The notes under the pieces were generated by a model. The model was given only the letters and a program-made list of their open reading frames with translations, was not told the origin of the DNA and did no database searches. From NCBI GenBank assembly GCA_963796275.1, contig CAWCKY010000003.1:736001-800000 (forward strand): a stretch of 64,000 bases of DNA, given 5' to 3'. This DNA is from an uncultured Acidobacteriota bacterium. GTDB lineage: Bacteria > Acidobacteriota > Blastocatellia > RBC074. The number at the start of each line of letters is the position of its first letter. The stretch's first letter is position 1. Below, in pieces: positions 1 through 11,225 of the stretch. Made by a program: the position numbers and the translations under genes.

Positions 1-1322
1 AGGTCGGAGACTATCAAGGTCTCGCCCGCGGCCAGGCCGTCCGTCACTACGACATTCGTATCGTTTCCTGTCCCGAGCTTCACCTCACGCGCGACGGCCT
101 TGTTATCTCTGACAACGTATACGGTCTGTTTCCCGCCACTCTCGGTCACGGCGCGGCGCGGGATGATGAGTTTGGTAGGGGCGACCGCTTCGAACCTGAC
201 GGCTTCCTTGAGGAAGGTCGCTTTCGCATTCATTTCGGGGCGCAGGTAGCTGTCGGGATCGAGCACTTTCACTTTTACCTGAACGGTCGCTTTCTGACGG
301 TTTGCTTCAGGCGCGATCTCTTCAAGGCGTCCTTCGTATCGGCGATCCGCGTATGCCTCCGGGACGATCACGGCGTGCTGTCCCATGCTCAACCGGGCGA
401 AATCTGCCTGCGAGACATCGATTTCGACTTGCAGATCATTGAGGTCGGCCAGTGAGACGACTGATGATTTGGCGCCCCGGTCGCCGACGAACGAGGTCGT
501 CACCATCTCGCCGCGTTCAACCAGCCGTTCGAGAATCGTGCCGTCGATCGGCGCGCGGATCTCCGTCGCTTCCAGCTGAGTCTTTGCGAATGCGAGCGCG
601 GCTTCAGCGGTGTTGACGGCGGCACGCTGAGCCCTTATCTGCTCCTCGCGCGGTCCAATCTCCCAGAGGTCGAGCGATCTGCGCGCCGACTCTACCTGCG
701 ACCTGACGACATCGTATCGCGCTTTGGCATCGTCGAGATTCTGCTGCGTTTGCACACCGTCACTTACCAGTCGTTCTATGCGTTCATAAGTAACTTTTGC
801 ATTCTTCAGGTTCGCCTCGGCGAGCGCCAGGTCGGCTTTTCCGCGCGATATCTCTTCCGGGCGCGATCCGTTTTCGAGCTCACTCAATTTCGCCTGCGCT
901 GACAACAGAAGCGCTTGAGCTTCGTTTACGCGCGCCGTGTATTCCTGATCTTCCAGCCGTACGAGCAACTGGGATTTTTTTACCCGGTCGCCCTTTTCCA
1001 CGCCGATCCAGGCCACTTTACCCATCACCTTCGATCCAAGCTGGATTTTGTGATGGGCTACGATGTAACCGGCTGCAGTCAGTACCGCCGCAGCTGAGTT
1101 TTCAGGCGCATCGGCTTGCGGCGTCACTCGTATGGTAGAGACTTCTATCGCGCGATTGCTGAATACCGTCGCGGCGAATATCCCGCCTCCGATCAAAATT
1201 GCCGCGGCCATTATCAATATCCAGGGCCGGCGCCGCCTGGGCGCAGTGCTCATACTTTTCATAGCGGGATCGATCCGCAAGTTTTTGAGTTCGTCAGCGG
1301 CAGATTCCGATATCTTTGGCAT
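1..1322 (-). CDS. Efflux periplasmic adaptor subunit (HlyD/MacA family), 3' end outside the window
   Basis: Manual translation from ATG 1322: MPKISESAADELKNLRIDP..., N-terminal TM, then VAWIGVEKGDRVKK, coiled coil, IRAPIDGTI and YLRPEMNA; not in the ORF track because it runs off the edge. Confidence 0.9.
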   Translation of the reverse strand, partial: MPKISESAADELKNLRIDPAMKSMSTAPRRRRPWILIMAAAILIGGGIFAATVFSNRAIEVSTIRVTPQADAPENSAAAVLTAAGYIVAHHKIQLGSKVMGKVAWIGVEKGDRVKKSQLLVRLEDQEYTARVNEAQALLLSAQAKLSELENGSRPEEISRGKADLALAEANLKNAKVTYERIERLVSDGVQTQQNLDDAKARYDVVRSQVESARRSLDLWEIGPREEQIRAQRAAVNTAEAALAFAKTQLEATEIRAPIDGTILERLVERGEMVTTSFVGDRGAKSSVVSLADLNDLQVEIDVSQADFARLSMGQHAVIVPEAYADRRYEGRLEEIAPEANRQKATVQVKVKVLDPDSYLRPEMNAKATFLKEAVRFEAVAPTKLIIPRRAVTESGGKQTVYVVRDNKAVAREVKLGTGNDTNVVVTDGLAAGETLIVSD

Positions 1323-1456
1323 AAATATCACCTTATGTTTATAAGACAGGAGTCAGAATTGCAGAGCAAAACGAACATAAGTAGCTAATAACGACGCTTC
1401 TCCCGTTAACAGAAGTAAGGAGACGCGATTTTATAACTCTTGACGTCCCTCTCTTC

Positions 1457-2621
1457 TTAATGTGCCCGCAGCGCCGTCACGATTTGTTCGCGCGCCGCCT
1501 TGAGAGCCGGAAGCGAACCGCCAACCAGGCCTATCAGTGCAGAGAAGATCAGAGCCGAGGTGATCAGTTCGCGGGAGACCCGGAACTGAAAGGCGATTTC
1601 GCTGAACGTGCTGAAATTGGTTGTGCCCGTTGCCAGACCGTTGATCGGCAATGCGACCAGGGAACCGACGATGCCTCCCAATAAGCGAGAGCGCCACCGA
1701 TTCGATCGCAAACGAAAGCCAGATATTGAAGCGCGAAAAACCGAGAACGCGCAGCGTACCTATCTCCCGGGTTCGATTGGCAACCGAAGTATACATCGCA
1801 TTCATGGCTGCGAAGGCCGCTCCCACTGCCATCAATACCGCGATGAACATTCCGAGCACCTGAACCGGAACGGCGGAACTGGTCTGCTTGCCATAATAGT
1901 CGGTCTCGCTCATAGCATCGAGCCGCAAATTGCGGTCATCTTTAATACGCTTCGTCAATGCTTCGAGTGATTCGACATCGGTCGTTCGCGCGAGTATCGA
2001 TGAATAGACGGTGCGGTTGTAATCGTTCATCAATTGATTGACATCGCACCAGATTTCGGAATCGAAGGCAGTGCCCCCGGCAGTGAAAATTCCGACGACG
2101 TGCCATTCGCTTCTTCCGAAACGCAGCCGTTCACCGATCTGCGTGTGGGCGAACCGGCGCGCCGTCGCCAAGCTCACCACGACTTCCCGCGAACCGGGCC
2201 GAAACCATCGGCCCTCGGTTATCTGCACCTGCGGACGCAACTGCAGGCCTATCTCGGATATCCCGCGAATAATGACGTTAGATCCAGCGGGGTTATCCAG
2301 GCGCGGCAGGTTGATGAGGACGATGGTCTCCGCCGAGGCGACCGGCACTCCATCGCCGTTGCGTGCGATTCCCTCGAGATACTTGATATTCTGGAAATTG
2401 GCTGGCGATACCGAGCTGTTCGTCTCGGTGTCGGAATTCTGACGCAGAACGATCAGGTTGCGGCTGCTGCCCGTGGAGATGAATGCTGCTTTCAATCCAT
2501 TAGCGAGCGCCATCATCGTCAGAAAAACGGCAACCGTCAACGCTATGCTGCCGGCCGTGAATAACGTGCTCGTCTTTCGCACGAAGAGATTCCTGATGTT
2601 ATATTTCAGTGGAATTCTCAT
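1457..2621 (-). CDS. ABC transporter permease (MacB/FtsX family), with an apparent 1-nt insertion frameshift near 1678
   Basis: MRIPLKYNIRNL...RTREIGTLRVLGF; C-terminus GGIVGSLVALP...ALRAH lies in another frame (ORF 1457..1711). Confidence 0.85.
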
Positions 2622-2630
2622 TACATCTCT

Positions 2631-2750
2631 GCAACCACCAACCACCAACCACCAACCACCAACCACCAACGATCAACCATCAACGATCAACCATCCACGA
2701 TCAACCTATCGAACTATCAACTATCAACTATCAACTATCAACCATCAATT
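2631..2750. repeat. Heptamer tandem repeat (ACCACCA grading into ACGATCA/ACTATCA)
   Basis: Directly visible 7-nt periodic array between the two permease genes. Confidence 0.9.
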
Positions 2751-2779
2751 AACACCTATCTACGCCTCGCTCGTTTCAT

Positions 2780-3925
2780 TCATACATTTCTCAGGGCAGT
2801 CGCAATTGTCATCTTCGCGGCGCGATAGGCCGGGACGATCGTGCTGGCGAATGCTATCAACATCGCCACGCCCAAACCTATCAATAGAGTCCTGGGCGTG
2901 ACCTCGAGTCGTTCAATGAAGAAAAGACTGACCTTCGAATAATCGAGATTGGAGTAAAGCATGCGCGCACCGACCGAGCCGAGCAACCACGCGATCAGGC
3001 CAAGTAACAGCGATTCCGATATCAATAGCCCCAGGATCAGCCGGTTGCGGAATCCCATAGTTTTGAGCACCGCGATTTCAGTCGTCCGTTCTCTGATCGA
3101 CATACCCATGGAATTGGCGACAACCAGCAGGATCGTAAAAACGATTACCGAGGAGACGGAGATGATCAGCGTCTTTATGTTGCCGAGCATCGCTACGAAG
3201 CTCAGTTGAAAAGCGCGCTCAGTTTCGGTCTTTGTCTGTGCAAGCGAGTTGCGGAATTTCGCGTCGACCGCATCCATGATGCGCGGAACATCGTCGGCAG
3301 ACTTCGCCATAATGTAGAACGTACCGATGGAGTCCGCGCGCCCCTGTGATTTGAGGTTTTCGTTGAGATATTCCTGATTGAAAAAGAGAACGCTGGGGTC
3401 TTCCCCATCGTAGATCGCTCGGATGGTCAATTGCAGATCGGCGGGAAAGATACGCCCCTGGAGTGTGATTCTATCTCCGAGCTTCCAGCCGTAGCGATCG
3501 ATCAGTTTTCTCCCGACCAGACAGCCCGTTCGATCTCTTACGAAATCTCCGAGCCGGATGGGTTCGACCTTGAGTTCCGGAAATATCCGAGCGAACTTGT
3601 GGGGCTCACAGCCGAATTGAGCGAAGAAATTGCGCTCGTCGACGTAAACGCCTCCGAACCATTGCATCTGCATCGTGGCAGCGACGCCGGGAATCTGATC
3701 CAGTTGTTGTTGATATGCGATGGGTAGAGGGTTTGCCAGCGAGATCGCATTGCGCGTCACCAGTCTGAGCGCGGCTTCCTGAGCGGTGGGCGTCCGCTCG
3801 AGCTCCGTCACTACCGTTAACAGTGTGGTCATCAAAAAAAGCGAGAGCGCGATGCTGAGCACAGTGAGAGACGAGCGCCGTTTGTTGCGCAATGCATTGA
3901 TCCATATGAGGCGAAGAAACTTCAT
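2780..3925 (-). CDS. ABC transporter permease (MacB/FtsX family)
   Basis: N-terminal TM, periplasmic domain, ERTTEIAVLKTMGF motif and C-terminal TMs. Confidence 0.92.
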   Translation of the reverse strand: MKFLRLIWINALRNKRRSSLTVLSIALSLFLMTTLLTVVTELERTPTAQEAALRLVTRNAISLANPLPIAYQQQLDQIPGVAATMQMQWFGGVYVDERNFFAQFGCEPHKFARIFPELKVEPIRLGDFVRDRTGCLVGRKLIDRYGWKLGDRITLQGRIFPADLQLTIRAIYDGEDPSVLFFNQEYLNENLKSQGRADSIGTFYIMAKSADDVPRIMDAVDAKFRNSLAQTKTETERAFQLSFVAMLGNIKTLIISVSSVIVFTILLVVANSMGMSIRERTTEIAVLKTMGFRNRLILGLLISESLLLGLIAWLLGSVGARMLYSNLDYSKVSLFFIERLEVTPRTLLIGLGVAMLIAFASTIVPAYRAAKMTIATALRNV

Positions 3926-4135
3926 AAATTTTGTTTACGCCCGTGTTGCCGGGCGTGTTCGAGGTATTTCAGAAGAATCAAAAAGGCGTAACGCGAGATC
4001 GAAAGCGCAAATCTCCGCTCATACACGCTGTCTTCTGTTTCCATCAACTAATTCAAAAATCCATTGTAATTGAAGGGTAGCGTGTAAATAGGATACACTT
4101 CGCCCTATTCATAATATAATTTGTTTTTTGGCACC

Positions 4136-4171
4136 TGCCAATTTGCCCCATTTGCCCCATTTGCCCCATTT
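4136..4171. repeat. Nonamer tandem repeat (TGCCCCATT)
   Basis: tgccaattt followed by three copies of gccccattt. Confidence 0.8.
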
Positions 4172-4182
4172 TGCTTTATATT

Positions 4183-5190
4183 TCAGCCGCAAGTAAGCAC
4201 CGCCGCCCCACGCACCGCATCGTGTTTCAAGGCATTCAACGCCGCATTCGCTTCGACCAGGTCGTAATTCTGTGTTTGAGTCTTAATGGGGATCTCCGCA
4301 GCAACGCGCAGGAAATCCAAACCGTCCTGCCGGGTATTATTGGCGACGCTGCGGACAGTTCGCTCGTGGTAGAGAAGCTGATAGTCGATCGGCGGGATCT
4401 GGCTCATATGGATGCCTCCGAGCGCGATCGTTCCGCCTTTCTGCAACACTTTCAACGCCGAGATAACCAGCTCGCCCGCGGGCGCAAAGATGATGATACT
4501 ATCCATTTTATGCTGTGGTTGATCGTCGCTTCCGCCCGCCCAGATAGCGCCCAAATCCGCAGCGAGCCGCTGATGCCGTTCATCCCGGGTGAAGGCGTAA
4601 ACTTCAACGCCCCAGTGGAGCGCCACCTGGATCGCGACGTGAGCCGCTGCGCCGAAGCCATATAGCCCGAGCCGTTTGCCCGGACTCTCTCCGGCGATCC
4701 CGGCAAGCCGCAGCGAGCGAAAGCCGATGATGCCGGCGCACAGAAGAGGCGCGGCTTCGATATCGCTGAAGGCATCCGGAATCGGATAGACGAAATCCGC
4801 TGGAGCGACGATGTATTCAGCATAACCGCCGTTGACGAGCCATCCGGTGAAAAGCGCGTTTTCACAAAGATTCTCTTTGCCATTACGGCAGAATTCGCAG
4901 ACCCCACAAGTCTGGTGTAGCCAGGGGATGCCGACTCTATCGCCCGGCTTGAATCGCGCAACGCGTTCGCCGACCCGCTCGATGTAGCCGATGACTTGAT
5001 GGCCGGGAATGATGGGCAGGACTTGCCGGGGCAGTTCCCCTTCGATGACGTGCAGGTCGGTGCGGCAGACGGCGCAGGCTTTAACCTTCACCAACACCTG
5101 ATTCTCGCGCGGTTCCGGCGTGGGTACCTCGGCGAGTTCGAGCGGGTTGGTTTCGATTGGCGAATTGGAACGAAGAAGACAAGCTTTCAT
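4183..5190 (-). CDS. Zinc-dependent alcohol dehydrogenase (AdhP-like MDR)
   Basis: CRTDLH, GHQ, CGVCEFC...NLC zinc ligands, PLLCAG and GFGAAA. Confidence 0.93.
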   Translation of the reverse strand: MKACLLRSNSPIETNPLELAEVPTPEPRENQVLVKVKACAVCRTDLHVIEGELPRQVLPIIPGHQVIGYIERVGERVARFKPGDRVGIPWLHQTCGVCEFCRNGKENLCENALFTGWLVNGGYAEYIVAPADFVYPIPDAFSDIEAAPLLCAGIIGFRSLRLAGIAGESPGKRLGLYGFGAAAHVAIQVALHWGVEVYAFTRDERHQRLAADLGAIWAGGSDDQPQHKMDSIIIFAPAGELVISALKVLQKGGTIALGGIHMSQIPPIDYQLLYHERTVRSVANNTRQDGLDFLRVAAEIPIKTQTQNYDLVEANAALNALKHDAVRGAAVLTCG

Positions 5191-5356
5191 AATCGAACCC
5201 GGCAGAGAGGCTATTGAGTTGAATGGAGAAGGAGCTAAAATAAGCGAAATAAGTGGAATTTTTCAACCGTTGTGTGGCTCGATCAATTCAAATAGGTTTA
5301 CCACTCATAATAAGAATGAGGATATGCAAAGCCTGTTAGGAGTGCAGTTGTAAGCG

Positions 5357-5561
5357 GGTACCCCATAGCTGATTTTTGAAACCGGTGAAAACAAAGTCGT
5401 TGGCGAATTGCCGCCAAATAGGATCGCTGGATCAGTACCGCGAGCGGTAGCGAGCGGCGCCTCAATATAAAGTGCGCTCGCTACCGCTCGCGGTACTGAC
5501 TTCGCTTCAGCCTCTGAAGGTCTGTTAAATACAAAATTTCAAAAATCCTGTCGGGAGTACC
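5357..5561. mobile_element. MITE-like element with imperfect terminal inverted repeats and an internal REP-like hairpin
   Basis: Outer IR 5357-5381/5537-5561 (19/25 match); inner perfect 25-bp IR TCAGTACCGCGAGCGGTAGCGAGCG at 5432-5456/5475-5499. Confidence 0.65.
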
Positions 5562-5582
5562 TGCAAACGAGTGCTGGCGAAT

Positions 5583-7803
5583 TCATTTTGAACGCCGAAC
5601 TTTCGCCCCCTTTTTTCTTTTCACCGGTTTTCCCGACCGCTTCGTTTTATTGCCTCCCCTCTCGACCACCGAAAAATCTACCAGATGCCGATCCACATTC
5701 ACCCTATCCACCCTCACTTTTACGCGGTCACCCAGTCGAAATTTACGTTTCCCTCTCTGCCCGGTCAACGTATGTACCCCTTCATCGAAAAAGTAACGGT
5801 CATCGGTCAAACTCGACACGGCCACCAACCCATCGATGAAGAAATCGTCCAGCTCGACAAAAAAACCGAAGTCTCTCACGTTGATGATCATCCCGTCGAA
5901 CTCCTCTCCCAGGTGTCGCGGCCATAAAGACGGCTTTTCGCCATTCGTCAACTTCCTTCTCGGCGGCGTCGGCGGCTCGTTCGCGCTCGCTCGACTCTTC
6001 GGCTAACAACTTGAGCTCGCCGAGCGGGAGCGGATGTTGCTTCGGGCGTTTCATCAACTCACGCAATATGCGATGGACGATCAGATCGGGATAACGGCGG
6101 ATCGGCGAGGTGAAATGCGTATAGATCGGCGCGGCCAGTCCGAAATGGACGGCATTGTTCGCCGAATATTTCGCGCGCTGCAACGAACGCAGCATCGCAT
6201 AAGACAGCACCCGCTCTTCCGGTTTCCCTTCGAGCTGTTTTGACAACCGCTGGTAATCCTTTGAACTCACACCGTCGACCGGAAAGCGATATCCGTACGC
6301 GCTCGCCAGCTCGGCGAATTCGATGACGCGCTGCGGCTGCGGTTCTTCGTGAATCCGGTAGAGCGAGGGCACGTTCAATCGCGACAGGTGGCTCGCGACC
6401 GTCTCGTTCGCCAGGAGCATGAATTCCTCGATGATGCGGTGCGCGATATTGCGTTCGGCTTTGAGCACGCCTTCGATTCGCCCCTCGTCGTCAAATTCAA
6501 AGACCGATTCGGGCAGGTTGAAGTCGATGGCGCCGCGCTGCTGGCGCCTCTTGATCAGAATCTGCGCCAACTTTTCCATCGTCTTGAAGAGATCGATTAA
6601 ATCGGAGTAGCGCATGGCCAGTTGCGGATCGGCGTGCGTGAGGAGCTTGTTGACGTTGGTATAAGTCATCCGCTCATTGCTGCGTATGACGGCTTCGCGA
6701 ATCTGATATTTCACGACCCGGCCGCGGCCGTCCACCTCCATCAAGGCCGAGAGCGCTAACCGGTCAACCCGGGGATTGAGAGAACAGATGCCGCTTGAGA
6801 GTTTTTCAGGCAGCATCGGGATCGCACGTTCAGGGAAGTAGACCGATGTGCCGCGCAGAGCCGCCTCCTGATCGAGCGCTGTCCCCTGTCGCACGTAATA
6901 GCTAACGTCAGCGATGTGAACGCCGAGGTCGAAATTACCATTGGCGAGGCGGGTCAGACTGATCGCGTCGTCGAAATCGCGGGCCGTCTCGCCGTCTATC
7001 GTCACCGTCGGCACATCGCGCAAATCGAGTCTCCCCGAGATCTGATCTTTGGTTACCTGTGGCGAAATCGTTTTGATCTCTTTCGTTACTTCATCGGGAA
7101 AAATGTGGGGAAGATCGTGTTTATAAATGACGATTTGAATGTCCATTCCCGCAGCTTCGCTCGACGATCCGAGGCGTTCGACTATGCGACCGGCCGGATT
7201 GCTGCGACCCGCGGGATACCTGGTGATTTCAACCAGAACTATCCATCCTTCTTTCAGTCCCGCTCCATCTTTGCTTTCAATCTCGATATCGTAAGGAAAT
7301 TTTTCATCGAGAGATTCGACCCACGATTCGCGGAAACCATGCTGCAGCCGTCCGATGATCTTCAAACTACCGCGCCGCAGTATCATCTCGACCCTGGCTT
7401 CACGATCTTTGTCCGTCGAGGCGCGTAAGAGGCCGGCGACCACGCGATCGCCGTCAAACGCTCCGTTCAGGTCCTCAGACCCGACGCGGATTCTCCCCCG
7501 CGCGCGCTGCTGAGCTTCATCGGGAATGAAACTGATAATTTTTCGGCGCCGCTGCCTGATTGTGCCGATTAACGCGCGAGGCGTGCTCGACCAGCGGTAC
7601 TCCTGCCCGGAGCGGCGTAGCATGCCAGCGCTCTGCAGGCGGTTGAGAAATTCGGTGATGGTCTTTTGCCCCGAACGCCTCAACTCGAACATCTCGCCCA
7701 GGTCACGCGCCGATATGCCCTCCGGAGATTCGCGCAGTGCTTCGATCACAGCATCAATTTCGAAAGGTAAGGAGTTTTGATCGGTCTCTCTTCGCCGGCT
7801 CAT
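5583..7803 (-). CDS. rnr: Ribonuclease R, with an apparent frameshift near 5920 before the S1 domain
   Basis: TIDGETARDFDDAIS and HFTSPIRRYPDL motifs; the S1 domain and basic tail (HLGEEFDG...) are in ORF 5583..5951. Confidence 0.93.
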
Positions 7804-7807
7804 ATGA

Positions 7808-7910
7808 AGAGAATACGAAACAATCGATAATATCGAAATAGATGAAAAGTAAAAAACGTCTAAATCGTTCTTTTAATCATTATTTTCGTTTATTCGTATT
7901 TTCTCCGATA
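7808..7910. repeat. Degenerate inverted nonamer array (CGAAAnAnA ... TnTnTTTCG)
   Basis: cgaaacaat cgataatat cgaaataga ... tcattattt tcgtttatt cgtattttc in the divergent intergenic region. Confidence 0.55.
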
Positions 7911-7995
7911 TCCTTGTCAAGAATGGTCAATCCAATTTATAAATAAACTGTTTCCCGCTTTTCAGAATAACCGCAACAAAACTGAGGATGCGATT

Positions 7996-10900
7996 ATGTC
8001 TAAGATAATCAAACTCGCGTTTTGCCTTCTGGCAGTCTGTACTTCGGGCGCGATGCTGTTAGGAGAATCGTCAGCGCAGCAGCGGCCTGTCGATTTCCGG
8101 CGCGACATCGAGCCGATATTCCGCGCCAATTGTTACGGCTGTCATGGTGCGGATATGGCTTCGGGGCAATTGCGGCTCCACCTTAAGGGGGCGGCTATGA
8201 GAGGCGGCATCTCCGGCGCGGTGATCTTACCTGGAAAGAGCGGTGACAGCCGCTTATTGCGCCGGATTCTGGGTGAAGATGGTGAGACGCGCATGCCGAT
8301 GGGTGGCGATCCGCTGCAGCCCGTTCAGGTCGAGCTCATTCGCAAATGGATAGATGAAGGGGCGAAATGGCCGGATGAAGCGCAGGCGAGCGAGGGAGCG
8401 GAAGAGAAGGAGTTGCCCAAGCACTGGGCGTTTGTCAAACCTGTGCGCCCGGCCGCGCCGCCCGTAAAGAACAAGGCCTGGGGTCACAATCCGATCGACC
8501 TGTTCATCCTCGACGCCATAGAAAAGCGAGGTATCACGCCAGCGACAAAGGCTTCCAAAACAGCATTGATTCGCCGTTTGAGTCTGGACCTGACCGGATT
8601 ACCTCCCACGCTCAAGGAGATAGACGAATTTCTCACGGACACTTCGCCCGATGCCTATCAAAAGCTGGTCGAACGCCTGCTCGCTTCTCCGCACTACGGA
8701 GAACGCTGGGGGCGCTGGTGGCTGGATGCCGCGCGTTATGCCGATACGAATGGTTATGAGAAAGACCTGCCGCGATCGATCTGGCCGTACCGTGACTGGG
8801 TGATCGAGGCTTTCAATAACGATATGCCATTCGATCAATTCACGATCGAGCAGCTTGCGGGCGACTTATTGCCGGATGCGACGCTCGATCAGCGCATCGC
8901 CACTGGTTTCCTGCGCAACTCGATGCTCAACCAGGAGGGCGGGGTAGATCCTGAACAGTTCCGCGTGGAGGGACTGATAGATCGCGTAGATGCGGTCGGT
9001 AAAGCTTTTCTTGGTTTGACAATCAACTGCGCGCAGTGCCACACGCATAAATTCGATCCGATCACCCATAAGGAATATTACCGTTTCTATGCTTTTCTCA
9101 ACGGCGACGACGAGCCCGCGATAGATGTGCCCGACGATGACGTTATAAAGAAACGCCAAGGTATTTTGTCAAAAATCGAGAAGGTCGAAAGCGAGTTGAT
9201 GGCGAAGACTCCCGATCTGGCAAACCGGATGAGCGATTGGGAGCAGAAAGTGAGTTATGACGCAAACCAATGGACGGTTTTAACGGATGCGGACATATTT
9301 GCTTCGTTCGGTGTGAAGTTCGACAAGTTACCTGATGGCTCATTCATCGCCAAGGGAGACAATTCGACCGGCAACAATTACAAGGTCACGGCGCGCACCA
9401 AGCTGAAAAATATAACGGGATTCCGGCTGGAGCTTTTAACCGACCCCAACCTTCCTCGAGGCGGGCCCGGTCGTGCGAATGATGGAAACTTTCTCCTCAC
9501 CGATTTTTTAGTCGATGCCGCTCCCTCGGATAAGCCTGATAGTGCATCGAAAGTTGTGCTGAGCAGCGTGACAACGGATTTCGAAAGACCCGATTTCCCG
9601 GTTAAAAATGTCATCGACGGCGATTCCAAAACTCACTGGAACGGAGATGCCGGCCCGGGCTGGCGCAACGATGATCGCGAGATCGTCTTCGTTGTATCGG
9701 GAGCTCCCGGTTTCGATGGTGGAACGGTTCTGACATTCCAGGTCGCGCAGAAGTTCGATGAATCGATCGATCTGAGAGGTGGGAAGCCCAATATCGGGCG
9801 CTTCCGCATCTCGGCGACGACCGCGGCGAATCCTAAGGCCGACCCATTGCCGGCAAATGTGCGCCGGATTCTCGCTATTCCTGCCGAAAAACGGTCGCGA
9901 GAACAGCAACGCATAGTATTCGGTTTTTACCGCACGACCGTCCCCGCATGGGCGGAGGCGAACAAGAAGATCGATGGACTGATGAAAGAATGGCCATACG
10001 GCGCGACAACTCTGGCTCTGACTCAGCGCCAGTGGCCGCGCGAGACGCATATTTTCAGACGCGGCGATTGGAAGCGGCCGGATGAATCGGTTGACCCGGG
10101 AACCCCGGCAATTCTTCATCCGTTCCCGCAGGATGCCCCCCGCAACCGATTGGGGCTGGCCAAATGGATCGTAGATAAAAACAATCCGCTTACGGCGCGC
10201 GTGATCGTCAATCGCATCTGGCAGCAATATTTCGGTGTGGGATTGGTCACCACACCGGAGGATTTCGGAGCGCGTTGCGAACGGCCATCAAATCCCGCGT
10301 TATTGGATTGGCTGGCGGCGGAGTTTATGAGTCCGACCGTGAATGGGGAAGGCGAGGAGATCGGGCAACAGAGCGCCGTCCCCAATTGGAGCGTCAAACA
10401 CATTCACCGCTTGATCGTGAACTCTGCGGTTTACCGCCAGTCGTCGAAGGTGAGGTCGAAACTGTTCGAGGTCGATCCGACCAACATCCTGCTGGCGCGT
10501 GCGCCGCGTCTGCGGGTCGAATCCGAGATCGTGCGCGATATCGCTTTGACTGCGGGCGGCCTGTTGAGCGAAAAGATTGGCGGGCCGAGCGTTTATCCGC
10601 CGATTCCCGACGGTGTGTTGAATCTGGGTTATGGTTCTCCCATGCCCTGGCCGACCAGCGTGGGCGAGGAACGCTATCGCCGCGGAATGTATACATTCTG
10701 GAAGCGCTCCGTACCCTATCCGGCGTTGCTCGTCTTCGATCAACCAAACGGCGATTTCTCCTGCACGCGCCGCATCAGTTCGAATACCCCGCTGCAGGCA
10801 TTGACCACCCTCAACGATCAGATGTTCGTCGAGGCCGCACAGGCTCTCGCCCTGCGCGTAATCAAAGAAGGCGGTGCCACTAACCGGACCAGGGTGATCT

Positions 10901-11133
10901 ATGCCTTCAGGCTCTGCACCGGGCGCAAACCTGATGAAATTGAACTGCGGCATCTGCTGACGCTCCTGCGGAAAGAGCAGATCGTTTTCGCTGGACAGAC
11001 CGCGGCGGCCGTTTATGTCTCATCGTCGGATATGAATAATCTGCCCGAGAATGTCGATCTGCACAGAGTGGCTGCCTGGACGATGGTGGCGCGGGTGTTG
11101 TTGAATCTGGATGAAACAATTACGAGAGAATAG
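7996..11133 (+). CDS. Planctomycete-type cytochrome c / DUF1549 / DUF1553 (PSD1) protein
   Basis: Signal peptide; CYGCH and CAQCH heme motifs; [40 protein letters not shown] and LLNLDE. Confidence 0.92.
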   Translation: MSKIIKLAFCLLAVCTSGAMLLGESSAQQRPVDFRRDIEPIFRANCYGCHGADMASGQLRLHLKGAAMRGGISGAVILPGKSGDSRLLRRILGEDGETRMPMGGDPLQPVQVELIRKWIDEGAKWPDEAQASEGAEEKELPKHWAFVKPVRPAAPPVKNKAWGHNPIDLFILDAIEKRGITPATKASKTALIRRLSLDLTGLPPTLKEIDEFLTDTSPDAYQKLVERLLASPHYGERWGRWWLDAARYADTNGYEKDLPRSIWPYRDWVIEAFNNDMPFDQFTIEQLAGDLLPDATLDQRIATGFLRNSMLNQEGGVDPEQFRVEGLIDRVDAVGKAFLGLTINCAQCHTHKFDPITHKEYYRFYAFLNGDDEPAIDVPDDDVIKKRQGILSKIEKVESELMAKTPDLANRMSDWEQKVSYDANQWTVLTDADIFASFGVKFDKLPDGSFIAKGDNSTGNNYKVTARTKLKNITGFRLELLTDPNLPRGGPGRANDGNFLLTDFLVDAAPSDKPDSASKVVLSSVTTDFERPDFPVKNVIDGDSKTHWNGDAGPGWRNDDREIVFVVSGAPGFDGGTVLTFQVAQKFDESIDLRGGKPNIGRFRISATTAANPKADPLPANVRRILAIPAEKRSREQQRIVFGFYRTTVPAWAEANKKIDGLMKEWPYGATTLALTQRQWPRETHIFRRGDWKRPDESVDPGTPAILHPFPQDAPRNRLGLAKWIVDKNNPLTARVIVNRIWQQYFGVGLVTTPEDFGARCERPSNPALLDWLAAEFMSPTVNGEGEEIGQQSAVPNWSVKHIHRLIVNSAVYRQSSKVRSKLFEVDPTNILLARAPRLRVESEIVRDIALTAGGLLSEKIGGPSVYPPIPDGVLNLGYGSPMPWPTSVGEERYRRGMYTFWKRSVPYPALLVFDQPNGDFSCTRRISSNTPLQALTTLNDQMFVEAAQALALRVIKEGGATNRTRVIYAFRLCTGRKPDEIELRHLLTLLRKEQIVFAGQTAAAVYVSSSDMNNLPENVDLHRVAAWTMVARVLLNLDETITRE

Positions 11134-11225
11134 AATTGAAACCTTGATGAAGAATACCAAACAAAATCCACCAACCCGCCTTATGCAAATTTTGTTGTGA
11201 ATGTCTTCTTATCGGAGAGGAACCT

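Noticed and set aside
2622-2669. N-terminal extension MVVGGWWLVVGG of the permease
   Set aside because: It is a translation of the heptamer repeat; the real start is probably ATG 2621
5900-5940. Programmed ribosomal frameshifting in rnr
   Set aside because: No slippery heptamer at the site; a sequencing indel is simpler
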